Assembly: GCA_965227515.1 (NCBI GenBank)
Contig: CBDDFZ010000001.1
Location: 3,072,001-3,136,000 of the forward strand
Length of the DNA stretch: 64,000 nt
Reading direction: 5' to 3'
Origin: Alphaproteobacteria bacterium
GTDB lineage: Bacteria; Pseudomonadota; Alphaproteobacteria; CALKHQ01
A program made the position numbers and the translations under genes. The notes below the pieces were generated by a model that was not told the origin of the DNA, made no database searches, and was given only the letters and a program-made list of their open reading frames with translations. Positions 40,102 through 50,618 of this stretch are shown one piece after another. Each line of letters begins with the position of its first letter. The first letter of the stretch is position 1.

Positions 40102-40887
40102 ATGCTAATCGACAGTCACTGCCATCTCGACTATTTCGGCGACGAGGCCGACGACGCGGTGGCGCGGGCGCATGCCGCCGGTGTCGACGCCATGCTGACC
40201 ATCTCCACCAAGATGGAGACGTTCCCGACCGTGCGCGCCATTGCCGCGCGCCATGCGTCGGTGGCGTGCTCGGTTGGCGTTCACCCGCATAAGGCGGCGG
40301 AGCATGCCGACCTGGGGACAGCGGCGCTGTGCGAGTTGGCAGAGGACGACAACGTGGTGGGCATCGGCGAGACCGGGCTCGACTATTTCTATGAGCACAG
40401 CCCGCGCGACGCGCAGATCGCCTGTTTTCGCGCGCACATCCAGGCCGCCCAACGCACCGGGCTGCCGCTGATCGTGCACACCCGCGATGCCGACGACGAC
40501 ACCGCGGCGATCCTGGCCGAGCACCTGGACGAGGCGCCGTTCACCGGCGTGATCCATTGCTTCTCCAGCGGTCGCGCGCTGGCGGAGCGCTGCCTGGAAC
40601 TCGGCTTCCACATTTCGATCTCCGGTATCGCGACCTTCAAGCGCGCCGACGACCTGCGCGCCACGGTGCGCGAGGTGGTGCCGATGGACCGGCTGCTGGT
40701 GGAGACCGACGCGCCCTATCTTGCGCCGGTGCCGATGCGCGGCAAGCGCAACGAGCCGGCCTACGTCACCCACACCGCCGCTGTGGTGGCCGACCTGAAA
40801 GATGTGCCGGTTCAGGAGCTTATGGACACGACCTCGCGCAATTTCCTGGCTCTGTTCACACGTGCCGCGTTCGGCGGCACCCGCTGA
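40102..40887 (+). CDS. tatD: TatD family hydrolase
   Basis: DSHCHL, GETGLD, HCFS, ETDAPYL. Confidence 0.93.
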   Translation: MLIDSHCHLDYFGDEADDAVARAHAAGVDAMLTISTKMETFPTVRAIAARHASVACSVGVHPHKAAEHADLGTAALCELAEDDNVVGIGETGLDYFYEHSPRDAQIACFRAHIQAAQRTGLPLIVHTRDADDDTAAILAEHLDEAPFTGVIHCFSSGRALAERCLELGFHISISGIATFKRADDLRATVREVVPMDRLLVETDAPYLAPVPMRGKRNEPAYVTHTAAVVADLKDVPVQELMDTTSRNFLALFTRAAFGGTR

Positions 40888-40901
40888 CGACAACGGGCGG
40901 C

Positions 40902-41750
40902 ATGACCGACCGCCGCATGCATGTCCGCGTGCTGGGGTGCGGTGGGTCGCAGGGCGTGCCGACCATTCTGGGCAACTGGGGGCGCTGCGACCCCACCGAC
41001 CCGCGCAACCGGCGCCAGCGCACCTCGATCCTGATCGAAGTGGAGGAGGGGCCGCGTATCCTGGTCGACGCCTCGCCCGATCTGCGTGCCCAGTGCCTGG
41101 ACATGGGCGGCCTCGATCATCTGGACGCCATCGTCTTCACCCATGCGCATGCCGATCATTGCCACGGCATCGACGATCTGCGCCCGATCACGCGCCGCCG
41201 CGACGGCCCGCTGCCGATCTATGCCGACCCCAAGACCCTGGAACAGCTTCACAAGCGCTTCGGCTATGGCTTCGTGGAGATTTCCGGGCCGCGGCCATAC
41301 GGCCCTTGGCTGGCGGGCAACGCGTTCGACGGCCCGTTTGAAATAGGCGGCTTGCCGATCATCCCGTTCAAGCAGGTGCATGGCCGTTTCAGGTCGATGG
41401 GTTTTCGTTTCGGGCCAATGGCTTACTCGACAGACCTGAATCTGCTGCCGGAACAGGCGTTCGAGGTGCTGGCTGGCGTTCATACCTGGCTGGTCGACTG
41501 CCAGACCGACCGCCCCCACCCCACACACTCCCATGTCGACCAGACGCTGGCCTGGATCCGCCGGGTGCGCCCGGAGCGCTCCGTGCTGATCCATATGGAC
41601 GAAACCCTGGACTACGCGGCGCTGGACCGGCTGTGCCCGCCCGGTGTGGTGCCGGCACACGACGGCATGGTCTTCGACGTGCCGCTGGACGTTCGCGCGG
41701 TGGACGAAGCGCCCGGTCTCAGCCAAAAAGTGGACGCCGCGCAGGGTTAG
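40902..41750 (+). CDS. MBL-fold metallo-hydrolase (PhnP/YycJ-like)
   Basis: LGCGGS.GVP, THAHADHCHGIDD; conserved position after tatD. Confidence 0.88.
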   Translation: MTDRRMHVRVLGCGGSQGVPTILGNWGRCDPTDPRNRRQRTSILIEVEEGPRILVDASPDLRAQCLDMGGLDHLDAIVFTHAHADHCHGIDDLRPITRRRDGPLPIYADPKTLEQLHKRFGYGFVEISGPRPYGPWLAGNAFDGPFEIGGLPIIPFKQVHGRFRSMGFRFGPMAYSTDLNLLPEQAFEVLAGVHTWLVDCQTDRPHPTHSHVDQTLAWIRRVRPERSVLIHMDETLDYAALDRLCPPGVVPAHDGMVFDVPLDVRAVDEAPGLSQKVDAAQG

Positions 41751-41826
41751 CCCGTTTGCTGCGTATAATCATCCGTGACCCTCCTGCCCGCCCCAACTGA
41801 CCACGCCTAACGATCGGACCTCTCGA

Positions 41827-42537
41827 ATGTTCAAGCTCTTCATGCGCCTGCACGGCTGGATCACCTTCATTCCGCTCTTCATGGGCGCGCTCGGGCTGAT
41901 GGCCAGCACCGGAATATCGGACCGAGAGGCCGCGTTGGACGAGAACGGTGTCACGGTCGATGCGCAGATCATCGGCATGCGTACCTACACCCGGCACTCG
42001 ACCAGCAACAATTCGACCACCACGGTCTACGAAGTCCGGTTCCACTTCCCCGTCCCGGACAGCCCGGACGGCCCGCTGCACTACGAGACCGTCGACGTGT
42101 CGTCCGACTTCTATGAATCGTTGGAAATCAACACGTCCGCGCCGGTGCGATACCTGCCGGAGAACCCGGATATCAACGAGTTTGAACCTGGCGCGCTGAG
42201 CGAGAACTCGACCGCCGCTCTCATCGTCGGCGTCGTATTCGTGCTCTGCTCTCTGGCGGGGGTGGCTTTTGTCCTGCGCAAGGCGATGCGCATGCGCGCG
42301 ATCGGCCGCAATGGCGCGCAGGCGACGGCGACGGTCACCGGCATCGTCAACCATACCAACAATCACAAGCTCAAGTTCACCTACAAGGACCGGGCAGGGG
42401 TTGAGCGGGAAGGGGCCACCATGCCGGGCAGCCTGAAGCGGATTGCCGGGGTGGAAGAGGGCGACACCATCCAGGTGCGCTACAACCCCGACGCGCCCGA
42501 GAAGAACGTCTATTGGGAGCGGGATCTCTGCCTGTGA
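41827..42537 (+). CDS. tandem DUF3592-like membrane protein
   Basis: two TM + beta-rich units ending VRYLPENP and VRYNPDAP. Confidence 0.7.
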   Translation: MFKLFMRLHGWITFIPLFMGALGLMASTGISDREAALDENGVTVDAQIIGMRTYTRHSTSNNSTTTVYEVRFHFPVPDSPDGPLHYETVDVSSDFYESLEINTSAPVRYLPENPDINEFEPGALSENSTAALIVGVVFVLCSLAGVAFVLRKAMRMRAIGRNGAQATATVTGIVNHTNNHKLKFTYKDRAGVEREGATMPGSLKRIAGVEEGDTIQVRYNPDAPEKNVYWERDLCL

Positions 42538-42538
42538 T

Positions 42539-43171
42539 TTACGCGCGCTGCATGGCGGCCGTGTAGATACCGGCACCGATCAGCAGGCTGCCACTGCCAC
42601 GGTTCAACCACGCCCAGGCCCGTGACGAGCGGACGAGCGTGCGCAGCCGGTCGACAAGTAGCACCCACAGCAGCACCACCGCCGCCGCCATGCCGACGAA
42701 AGTCGCCTCCAGGATGGCGAACTGCAGCAACACTGGCTCATGCGGTGTCACAAACTGCGGTACGAACGCTATGAAAAATATGATGCTTTTCGGGTTCAAT
42801 GCGGTGACCGCATAGGCGTGCCAGAACATGCGCCGCTGCCGCTTGCGTGTCGCCTCCGGCGCGAGGTCGCTGTCGGCCATTGCTGGCCCGCCGGCGCGCC
42901 ACATCCGCCAGCCGAGCCATACCAGATAGATCGCGCCAGCAATCTTCAGCACCGTGAACGCGGTGGCCGATGCCGCCAGGATCGCACCGGCGCCGGCCAG
43001 CGACGCCGTCATCGCGGTCAGGTCGCCTAGCGCCACGCCGGGCACGGTGCGCCATCCGGTGCGCCGGCCCTGGCCAAGCGCGTAGCTGACCACCAGCAGC
43101 ACCGTCGGCCCCGGAATGGCCAGCACGACGCTGCAGGCAACGACAAAGGCAAGCCAGGTTTCAAACGGCAC
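42539..43171 (-). CDS. LysE/RhtB family translocator
   Basis: IPGPT, GAIYLVWLG, LNPK, FVPQF. Confidence 0.9.
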   Translation of the reverse strand: MPFETWLAFVVACSVVLAIPGPTVLLVVSYALGQGRRTGWRTVPGVALGDLTAMTASLAGAGAILAASATAFTVLKIAGAIYLVWLGWRMWRAGGPAMADSDLAPEATRKRQRRMFWHAYAVTALNPKSIIFFIAFVPQFVTPHEPVLLQFAILEATFVGMAAAVVLLWVLLVDRLRTLVRSSRAWAWLNRGSGSLLIGAGIYTAAMQRA

Positions 43172-43194
43172 GGGCGGTCTCCGGGACGCGAAAT

Positions 43195-43698
43195 CTAGAG
43201 TTTGGCGTCGATGAGTATGAGCAGGGCCTTGATACGGCCGAATTCGCCGTTCAGGTCGGCCCGCGCTTGCATCACAAACGACAGATCGATCTCGGCGGCC
43301 ACATCGTCAGGCAGGTCTATATAGGCGCCGGCGACGCGCACGTCATTCACAAGATCCTGCCACCCATCGCCGCACGCCTGGGCACGCGCCATCGCCGCGC
43401 GGATGCGGTCCGCCTTGTCGTCTGGCGTGGTGCCGCGCGGCATGTCGTCGTGATAGCCATCCAGCATGTCGTAGAACGGCGAGATCACCGCATCGGCGTC
43501 GCTCAGCACTTGGGCCAGATTGACCAGCACGTCCTCGGCTGGCGTCTCGTCGCCGAGCAGGCCGTCAACCTCATCGACATAGGCGCAATAGGCCTCGACG
43601 TTCTTTTCGAAGGCTTCGACCGTTGGCAGGCTTTGCGCCACGGCGAGCGGCGCCGTTGCCAACAGTGTCGTGCAAACCATTGCCGTGAAACGAAACAT
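43195..43698 (-). CDS. hypothetical exported protein
   Basis: GGAGG RBS before MFRFTAMV...AVA signal peptide. Confidence 0.65.
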   Translation of the reverse strand: MFRFTAMVCTTLLATAPLAVAQSLPTVEAFEKNVEAYCAYVDEVDGLLGDETPAEDVLVNLAQVLSDADAVISPFYDMLDGYHDDMPRGTTPDDKADRIRAAMARAQACGDGWQDLVNDVRVAGAYIDLPDDVAAEIDLSFVMQARADLNGEFGRIKALLILIDAKL

Positions 43699-43773
43699 TG
43701 TGCAGCCTCCGGGTCGGCGGTGGTGCAGGCGAGACTCGTCCATTCGTTCGCCCGACGCAACATGTCCGTCCAT

Positions 43774-43801
43774 ATTTTCCATAATATAAATTATGCGATC
43801 T
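43774..43801 (-). other. dif: chromosomal dif site (left attachment site of the element)
   Basis: minus strand AGATCGCATAA-TTTATA-TTATGGAAAAT = XerC arm / 6-bp core / XerD arm (E. coli GGTGCGCATAA-TGTATA-TTATGTTAAAT). Confidence 0.9.
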
Positions 43802-43908
43802 TCGCGCATACGTTTGTTCTCGTTGGCGCGACCCTCGCATAGATCGATGTTCCGGTGCTTCGGGTGGCAATCGCCTAGCTGAAACCGGGACACCAGGGGC
43901 GCGCGGCC

Positions 43909-44535
43909 ATGCGTAGCCCCTTCTACACCCCCGATGATTCATTCGAGGTCGATGTTGAGCCGGATGGCGATTGCGCCCGGCTGATCATCCGCGCAAAGGC
44001 CAGCAGGCTAGAGATCGCGCTCCGCGTGGAATGGCCGGTTTTCGAGGGCGTCCTCGCGAAGTCGCTCCGCTTCATCGATCCGGTTCGGCGTGTCGAAATC
44101 GAGCGCCAGGCGGAAGCCGAACGGCGACTGGCCGAACGCGAAGCACTGTTGGCCGAGCTTCGCGTGGAAGGCCGGAAGTATCTGTTCGAACTGAACGGCC
44201 TTCGCAATTCAGGTGTCAGCGCTTCCGACAGTTGGGATGAAGTTGCCGACCGCCACGGCGTCAATGTGGACCGGGTGCAGGTGGCCGTCAGGCTGCACCA
44301 ACGGGCAATGCGCCTCGCCCGAGACACCCAGATCGTTGAGCTGGTCAACAAGGGGCTGTCCAACGCCGCAGTAGCCAGAGAAGCCGGCGTAACGCCCGCC
44401 ATCGTCTCAGGCGTGCTGCGAAAGGCCCGATCAGATGGCCGCGTTATCGGCACTCGCGTTGTCCCTCCCCCAGCCGAGCCAGATACCGAAGCCGATGACG
44501 ACGTAGCCGCCGCCGTGGGAGGTCGCGATGTTTGA
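43909..44535 (+). CDS. hypothetical protein with C-terminal HTH
   Basis: IVELVNKGLSNAAVAREAGVTP; paralogous to 52875..53447; stop overlaps the rep start. Confidence 0.72.
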   Translation: MRSPFYTPDDSFEVDVEPDGDCARLIIRAKASRLEIALRVEWPVFEGVLAKSLRFIDPVRRVEIERQAEAERRLAEREALLAELRVEGRKYLFELNGLRNSGVSASDSWDEVADRHGVNVDRVQVAVRLHQRAMRLARDTQIVELVNKGLSNAAVAREAGVTPAIVSGVLRKARSDGRVIGTRVVPPPAEPDTEADDDVAAAVGGRDV

Positions 44536-46096
44536 CCCCCGCACATCGACGTCGCTCACACAACGCCAGCAAAGCCACGAGACGTTGGAAGCCGGGTCAA
44601 GGGCCGGCTCGGGAGACCGCGCGATAGCGCGGCGGACGGCCCTTGAGGCGGCTGGAAACGGCAAGCCTCTACGGGCGGGTGCGGTGAACGCGGCCGGCGC
44701 ACAGCGCCGGTCCAAGTCCGCCGCACCCCTGCCCGCCGGCGAGGCACGGGGGCGCGGGGGCAAGGCCCCCGCACAGGGCGGCGACAGCCGGCCATCCCTT
44801 GATAGACTCGCAAGTTATCCTTCACCCTCGATAGTCGGCCAACCGGCACACTATGGTGCAGCATCTACCCGGCCGCCCCATCGCGATGACGACAGCCTGC
44901 ATGGCAAGGTTGCCCGCCACCGGCAACGTCGAGCGGCGGCACGCGCCCTGCCCTCTGAGCGGGTTTGCACATGCGGCCAGAACGCAATCGGTCGGTCGGT
45001 CCTGCTGCACAAGCGTGACGGCCAGGCGCATTACTCCGGCGTCGAGACATGCGGATCGGTTTGGCACTGTCCGGTGTGCGCAGCGAAGATCACTGAGGCG
45101 CGGAAGGCCGAAGTCGAGGCCGTGTTGCGTGCGCACCTGGCGGCCGGCGGCCTGGCGCGGATGGCGACGCTGACCATCCCTCACCGTCCGTTCCAGCGCT
45201 GCAAGGATCTGCGCCAGGCCGTGACCAAGGCATGGGGCTGCGTGAAGGCAGGCCAGACATGGCGACGAAACCGGGACCATGTCGGGTGGCTTGGCGATGT
45301 CCGTGCACTGGAGATCACGCACGGCTCCAATGGCTGGCACCCTCACTTGCACGTCCTGATCCTGATTGAACCAGGCGCGACGGATGAGGTGATCGCGGAG
45401 TTCGGTGAATGGCTGTTCGACCGATGGGCGAAGGCCATTTGGAAGCTGGGTTTCGGCGATTGCGCGCGATCTGCATTCACGTTCGAGCCGGTCAGCGACG
45501 AAGGCGCGGCCGAGTACGTTGGCAAGTGGGGCGCGGCCCTTGAACTGACCAAGGGCCACATCAAGCAAGGCCGCGGCGGCCGCACGCCTTGGCAGATATT
45601 GGCCGACCTTGCCGCTTTCAATCGGTACGAGGATCGGCGGCTGTTCCGCGAATACGGGCGATCATTCAAGGGCGCGCGCCAGCTTGTTTGGAGCCAGGCG
45701 TTCAAGCGCCTGGACGGTCGCTCCGAGCCGAGCATACGCGGTCGGTATCTCGCGGACCCCGAACTCGACGACGACGAGCTGGCGGTTGACGATGCGTCGC
45801 CCGACACAGTCGTGGCGATCATCGATCGAGATGTTTTCGAGGAAGTCGCATCCTCCGGCCGGACGGCCGAGCTGTTGTGCGCGCTCGAAAATCACGGGCT
45901 TGCAGGTGTCCTAGACCTGCTCTCCGAACTCGGCGTGGCCTACGACGTTGGCCAGGGCCCGAGTGAGACACGTGGCCAATTCGTGCCGTGGATCACGTGC
46001 AACAGACCACCGGGACCGGACCGACCGCCGAGCTGGCGGCGCCCTCCCCCTTTCCATCAATCACAGGAGACTGGCTATGAATACAAACACCATTGA
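44528..46096 (+). CDS. rep: rolling-circle replication initiator (HUH, Rep_1-like)
   Basis: GGAGG RBS; CGSVWHCPVC, ATLTIPH (motif 1), GWHPHLHVL (HUH), AEYVGK (catalytic Tyr). Confidence 0.88.
   Translation: MFDPRTSTSLTQRQQSHETLEAGSRAGSGDRAIARRTALEAAGNGKPLRAGAVNAAGAQRRSKSAAPLPAGEARGRGGKAPAQGGDSRPSLDRLASYPSPSIVGQPAHYGAASTRPPHRDDDSLHGKVARHRQRRAAARALPSERVCTCGQNAIGRSVLLHKRDGQAHYSGVETCGSVWHCPVCAAKITEARKAEVEAVLRAHLAAGGLARMATLTIPHRPFQRCKDLRQAVTKAWGCVKAGQTWRRNRDHVGWLGDVRALEITHGSNGWHPHLHVLILIEPGATDEVIAEFGEWLFDRWAKAIWKLGFGDCARSAFTFEPVSDEGAAEYVGKWGAALELTKGHIKQGRGGRTPWQILADLAAFNRYEDRRLFREYGRSFKGARQLVWSQAFKRLDGRSEPSIRGRYLADPELDDDELAVDDASPDTVVAIIDRDVFEEVASSGRTAELLCALENHGLAGVLDLLSELGVAYDVGQGPSETRGQFVPWITCNRPPGPDRPPSWRRPPPFHQSQETGYEYKHH
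44754..44804 (+). other. candidate double-strand origin (hairpin + CTTGATA nick site)
   Basis: GCGGGGGC-aag-GCCCCCGC stem 44754-44772; CTTGATA 44798-44804 as in pC194/phiX174-type origins. Confidence 0.65.
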
Positions 46097-46856
46097 TCTC
46101 GAGGGGCTGCCGGCGCGCATGCGGAAGGCCCGCGATGAGGCAGGGCTGACTCGTGAGCGGATGGCCAAGCTCACTGGCATTCCTGCGAAGTCGATTGAAC
46201 GCTATGAGGCTGGTCTGGCCGAACCTCCTGCGAGCCGCCTCAAAGCGTTCTGCGACGCCTGTGATGCGGACCAATTCGAAGTGATGACGGGAGAGCAGCG
46301 GATGCTTCGGGACGATACTGTTGCCAGTTCTGGTGACTACACAGGCAACCCTCCGAGGAACGTCCCGCAGACCATCTCTGAGGCGAATTCGCCCGTATAC
46401 GGGATTAAGGCGCTGCTCAGCGACCTGGATGGCCTGCGCCAATCAAAGTTCATGGATGCTAGCCGTCGCGGCGCCGCCTTGGTTGACGAGTTGCATTTAC
46501 TCATGAACAGGCTGGAGGCAGGAGAATTGATGGCACTCGCCAATGAGCGCGGGATCGATCCTGCGAAGTGTCATGACGAGGACCAACTGTCGTCACTGTT
46601 TCAGGCTGATTTTGACCGAGCGCAACACCAGTGCGCTTCGATCCAGGATCGCATCATTGATACAGCGGTACTCGGAATCGACCTATTCGACTTGCAGGAC
46701 GACGAACTTCGCGATGTCGTGGCAGAAATGGCATCGACCGGTTTGATGGATTTTTGGAGTCGATGGGACTTGTCTGATAGCCGAGTTCATAGAATTGCTC
46801 AGCTCCGCGATCCGTTGAGACGGGCTGCCTATTCGGGTCGAGGACTAGAGCTCTGA
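46077..46856 (+). CDS. XRE-family HTH protein
   Basis: AGGAG RBS; RMRKARDEAGLTRERMAKLTGIPAKSIERYEAG. Confidence 0.82.
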   Translation: MNTNTIDLEGLPARMRKARDEAGLTRERMAKLTGIPAKSIERYEAGLAEPPASRLKAFCDACDADQFEVMTGEQRMLRDDTVASSGDYTGNPPRNVPQTISEANSPVYGIKALLSDLDGLRQSKFMDASRRGAALVDELHLLMNRLEAGELMALANERGIDPAKCHDEDQLSSLFQADFDRAQHQCASIQDRIIDTAVLGIDLFDLQDDELRDVVAEMASTGLMDFWSRWDLSDSRVHRIAQLRDPLRRAAYSGRGLEL

Positions 46857-46997
46857 TTTTCACTTGGTTGCCCCAGCCAGGAAGGCCAATGTTGTCAAGA
46901 ACAATCGAGCGATGCCAGGCTATCCGACGCAACAGCAATACCGATGTTCTGAGAATATCACCTAGTTTCATTCGTCTTGCGCTATAGGAGCCAAAAA

Positions 46998-48768
46998 ATG
47001 GTGAAGTCGCTCAACTTGCTGCGAAATGTTGGCAAATTCGACAATGTGACGTCGGGGGCAAGCCTCCCATTTGGCCGCTTGACCGTTGTGTATGCGGAGA
47101 ATGCAAGGGGCAAGACCACTCTGGCTGCGATTCTGCGGTCACTGGCTTCGGGTCACCCTGAGCCTGTTACTGAGCGAACCCGGTTGGGGCAGCCTGATCT
47201 GCCTCACATTGTGGTGGATACCGGCACTGCACCACCTGCCGTCTTTCAGAATGGCAGTTGGAGCCGGACAGCCTCTGAGATTGTCATTTTTGATGACATC
47301 TTCGTCTCGGAGAATGTGCACTCAGGCATACAGGTTGGCGCGGCACAACGGCAGAACCTGCATGAATTGATCGTCGGTGCGCCAGGCATTGCCTTGGCTC
47401 GTGCTGTGCAGGTGGAAGTGGAAAAGGTGGAAGTCCACAACCGGACGCTTCGGCAACGCGAAGCCGCCATTCCCGAGCGAATTCGCGGTGAGCTTTCCGT
47501 TGACGCATTCTGTGCACTTGAAGCCGTCCCAGACATAGATGAACGCATTCAAATAGCCGAGCGCCGGCTAGCCGCCGCCCGGGATGCTAGCAATGTGGCA
47601 GAGATGGGTATCTTTGTGGATGTGAAGCTTCCCAAGATCGATGCTGATGCGCTGCAATCCCTGCTCACGACATCCCTCTCGGAGCTCGAAACTTACGCAT
47701 TAGACCGCGTCCGAGAGCACTTCGAACGTATGGGTTCGAATGCCGAAAATTGGGTGGGCCAAGGCATGGCTCATGCAGATGCGCTGATGGAGCATGGAAA
47801 TTCCGAATGCCCCTTTTGCGCTCAGCCACTGGCGGACTCGCCACTGTTTGCCCACTATCGCGCGTTTTTCGGAGAGGAATACAGAGCTCTGACAGACAGG
47901 ATCGCGACGGCGATTGCAGATTTCCGATCCACCCAAGCTGGTGACGTGCCCGCCGCATTCGAGCGAGGTATCCGCGAAGCGGTTGAGAAACAATCGTTCT
48001 GGAAGGATTTTGCTGAAGTTCCCTCTTTCGAAGTCCCGACGGAGTCGATCGCATTGGTCTGGAAGTCCGCACGTCAAGAGGTTCGGAAATTGTTGGATGC
48101 CAAACGGGCGTCTCCTCTGGAGCCGGTTCATCTTCCCGAAAGCGCAATTCATGCAATCTATGAACACAACCAGAATTGTGATCGAGTCAGCGAATTCTCT
48201 GAAACTCTGACGGACCTAAATTCAACGTTGGAAGTAGTGAAGGAAGACGCCCGTGAGGCAAATATTGCCTCTTTGGTTCGCGATTTAAGTCTGTTGAAAG
48301 TGGCAAAGGTTCGACACGAGTCTGACGTTGATAAATTGTGCAAAGAATATCTTTCCGAGAGGAAAAATAAAGAGACGACAGAGCAACGACGAGAAGCTGC
48401 CAGAGATAAGTTAAACTTGCATCGTCAGGCGGCTTTCCCCGCTTATGGTATTGCGATTAATGATTTTCTTGGCCGGTTCAATGCTAGCTTCCGGCTGGGG
48501 CCAGTTGATGCGGTTAATACTCGAGGGGGATCAGCTGCCAATTATGAACTTCTAATTGATGGGAATGCCGTTCCGTTAACCGGCAAACCCGGGCAACCAA
48601 GTTTTGGTAATACCCTAAGTGCCGGTGATCGAAGTACGTTAGCGCTCGCATTCTTCTTTGCTAGTTTAGAAAGTGACCCTGATCTTTCTAAGAAGGTTAT
48701 TGTCATTGATGACCCAATGACTAGTTTGGACGAACACCGTGTCCTTCACACGCTGCAGGAGATAGATC
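46998..48768 (+). pseudogene. RloC-like ABC ATPase/HEPN protein, 5' part (IS-interrupted)
   Basis: YAENARGKTT Walker A, CPFC zinc hook, TLSAGD signature, IDDPMTSLD Walker B; broken by the IS after 48768. Confidence 0.82.
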
Positions 48769-48829
48769 GGGCATTATATACTTGACTGAACACGACTGAC
48801 TCCCCATCTATGGCTGTAGGAGAACAGCC

Positions 48830-49741
48830 ATGCAACTCACCGATCCCATATTCACCGACGAAGACAAGGCCCGCGCGTACCTTGAGGCGACCCGCTGGCC
48901 CGACCATGTGCATTGCCCGTTCTGCGGCGAGCACGAGACGGTCAAGGCGCTGCCGCCCAAGGGTTCAATGGGCAAGGGCTGGTATCACTGCCGCGCCTGC
49001 CGCAAGAAGTTCACCGTTCGCGTCGGCACCCTGTACGAGCGCTCGCATGTGCCGCTGAACAAGTGGCTGCTGGCGACCTATCTGCTGTGCTCCAGCAAGA
49101 AGGGCATCAGCGCGCACCAGCTTCACCGTACCTTGGGCGTCACCTACAAGACCGCCTGGTTCATGGCGCACCGCATCCGCGAGGGCATGCGCGAGTTCAA
49201 GCCCGGTCCGCTCGGTGGCCAGAACAAGACCGTTGAGGTTGACGAGACCTACGTCGGCGGCAAGGCGAAGAACGCAAAGCGCGGCGCGCCAGTGCCGAAG
49301 AAGGAAGCCGTTGTCTCCCTGCTAGAGCGTGACGGTAAGGTGCGCTCCTACCACCTGCCGGAAGTCAACCGCGCCAATCTGCGCCCGATGATGACCGCTC
49401 AGATTGACCGCAAGTCGTACCTCATGACCGACGACGCGAAGGTCTACAAGTCCATCGGCCGCGAGTATGCCGGGCACGGCTCGGTCAACCACAGCGCCGA
49501 AGAGTACGTGCGCGGCACCTACTGGCACACGAACACCATCGAGGGCTATTTCAGCATCCTCAAGCGCGGCATCACGGGCGTCTATCAGCACGTCAGCCAA
49601 GAGCACCTGAAGCGCTACCTTGGCGAGTTCGACTTCCGCTATAACGAGCGCCACGTTACCGATGGCGAGCGCACCGAAGCCGCCCTCAAAGGCATCGAAG
49701 GCAAGCGCCTAACTTATCGACGGCCTGACGCAAGGGCGTGA
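48830..49741 (+). CDS. IS1595 family transposase
   Basis: CPFCG...CRAC zinc ribbon; VEVDETYVGG, LMTDD, HTNTIEG, YLGEFDFRYN. Confidence 0.95.
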   Translation: MQLTDPIFTDEDKARAYLEATRWPDHVHCPFCGEHETVKALPPKGSMGKGWYHCRACRKKFTVRVGTLYERSHVPLNKWLLATYLLCSSKKGISAHQLHRTLGVTYKTAWFMAHRIREGMREFKPGPLGGQNKTVEVDETYVGGKAKNAKRGAPVPKKEAVVSLLERDGKVRSYHLPEVNRANLRPMMTAQIDRKSYLMTDDAKVYKSIGREYAGHGSVNHSAEEYVRGTYWHTNTIEGYFSILKRGITGVYQHVSQEHLKRYLGEFDFRYNERHVTDGERTEAALKGIEGKRLTYRRPDARA

Positions 49742-50038
49742 CGCCACCAAAAGCCTGACATTTCAACAGGTTCTGGCGCGCCTTCTCACCCGGCACATAA
49801 AATAAACTTACTCGCAAACCGTGCAGGTCTAGACTCCCGCACAAGCGTTCCGTAGGCTGTCGAATCGACGGCCAAGAAAAAGGGCGAGTGTGCAACCACT
49901 CGCCCCTTGGCCTTCCGCAACGGATCATAGGGCCGTCTGCGGAACGCAGTCCAAATTGGACACACGGAAACCCTAGAGGTTCCGGGACTCTCGGTCAAGA
50001 CGGCTCGCATCCATCCACGTCCCACAGGAGACGAGCCT

Positions 50039-50305
50039 ATGGACTATCAAGTGACCTGCATCCGCCGCGATGGTGCCGATCTGGACCGTCGCATTGATCG
50101 CCTGGGCGGCCCATGGTTCAACCGAACCATCGATGATGTCATCAACGGCATCCAGTACGGCGGAGATCGCTACTGGACATCCGTCAACGGGCTGTCGGTG
50201 TGGGTTGTCGTTGATCAACATCCAACCTCTGGCCGCCTGTATCTGCGGACGGAGCCGGACAGCTACCCGCCGAACAACCTCCTGAGCCTTCCCGAATGCC
50301 CGTAA
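50039..50305 (+). CDS. DUF3892 family protein (IS passenger)
   Basis: AGGAG RBS; YQVTCI...YLRT.PD....NNLLSLPEC. Confidence 0.75.
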   Translation: MDYQVTCIRRDGADLDRRIDRLGGPWFNRTIDDVINGIQYGGDRYWTSVNGLSVWVVVDQHPTSGRLYLRTEPDSYPPNNLLSLPECP

Positions 50306-50453
50306 CGGTGGCGTAGGGTGATGCATACCCAGCAGGCTCTCGCGCCCATACGAGGGCCTGCTGGGCTGCGTACAATCCCGCGTGCTCGTTTGGATGAGGG
50401 TAAGCGACCAGTCGCGCGTGAATCCGCTCCAACTCCGCTGCGATATGGTCCAT
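50184..50453 (-). CDS. small hypothetical protein (IS passenger)
   Basis: GAGAGG RBS-like sequence; helical N-terminus to LYAAQQALVWAREP; tail overlaps the DUF3892 gene. Confidence 0.45.
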   Translation of the reverse strand: MDHIAAELERIHARLVAYPHPNEHAGLYAAQQALVWAREPAGYASPYATVTGIREGSGGCSAGSCPAPSADTGGQRLDVDQRQPTPTAR

Positions 50454-50459
50454 CGCCCA

Positions 50460-50618
50460 CTACCTCTCAGTCTTGCTTTGCTTCGGTTTGCTTGGCTTCT
50501 TGTCCGTGCGCGGCTTCGGCGGGGTGCTCAAGAAGTGCTGCACCACCCGCTCAAACTTGCCATCTTGGGTCTCGCCTGACCCACGCTCGTCATTGGAGCT
50601 TGTTCCATGCTTTGGCAT
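50460..50618 (-). CDS. 52-aa basic protein (IS passenger, below the ORF-track cutoff)
   Basis: own translation MPKHGTSSNDERGSGETQDGKFERVVQHFLSTPPKPRTDKKPSKPKQSKTER. Confidence 0.5.
   Translation of the reverse strand: MPKHGTSSNDERGSGETQDGKFERVVQHFLSTPPKPRTDKKPSKPKQSKTER

Noticed and set aside
43699-43893. N-terminal extension of ORF 43195..43893 across dif
   Set aside because: It crosses the dif/att junction; the RBS and signal peptide support a start at 43698.
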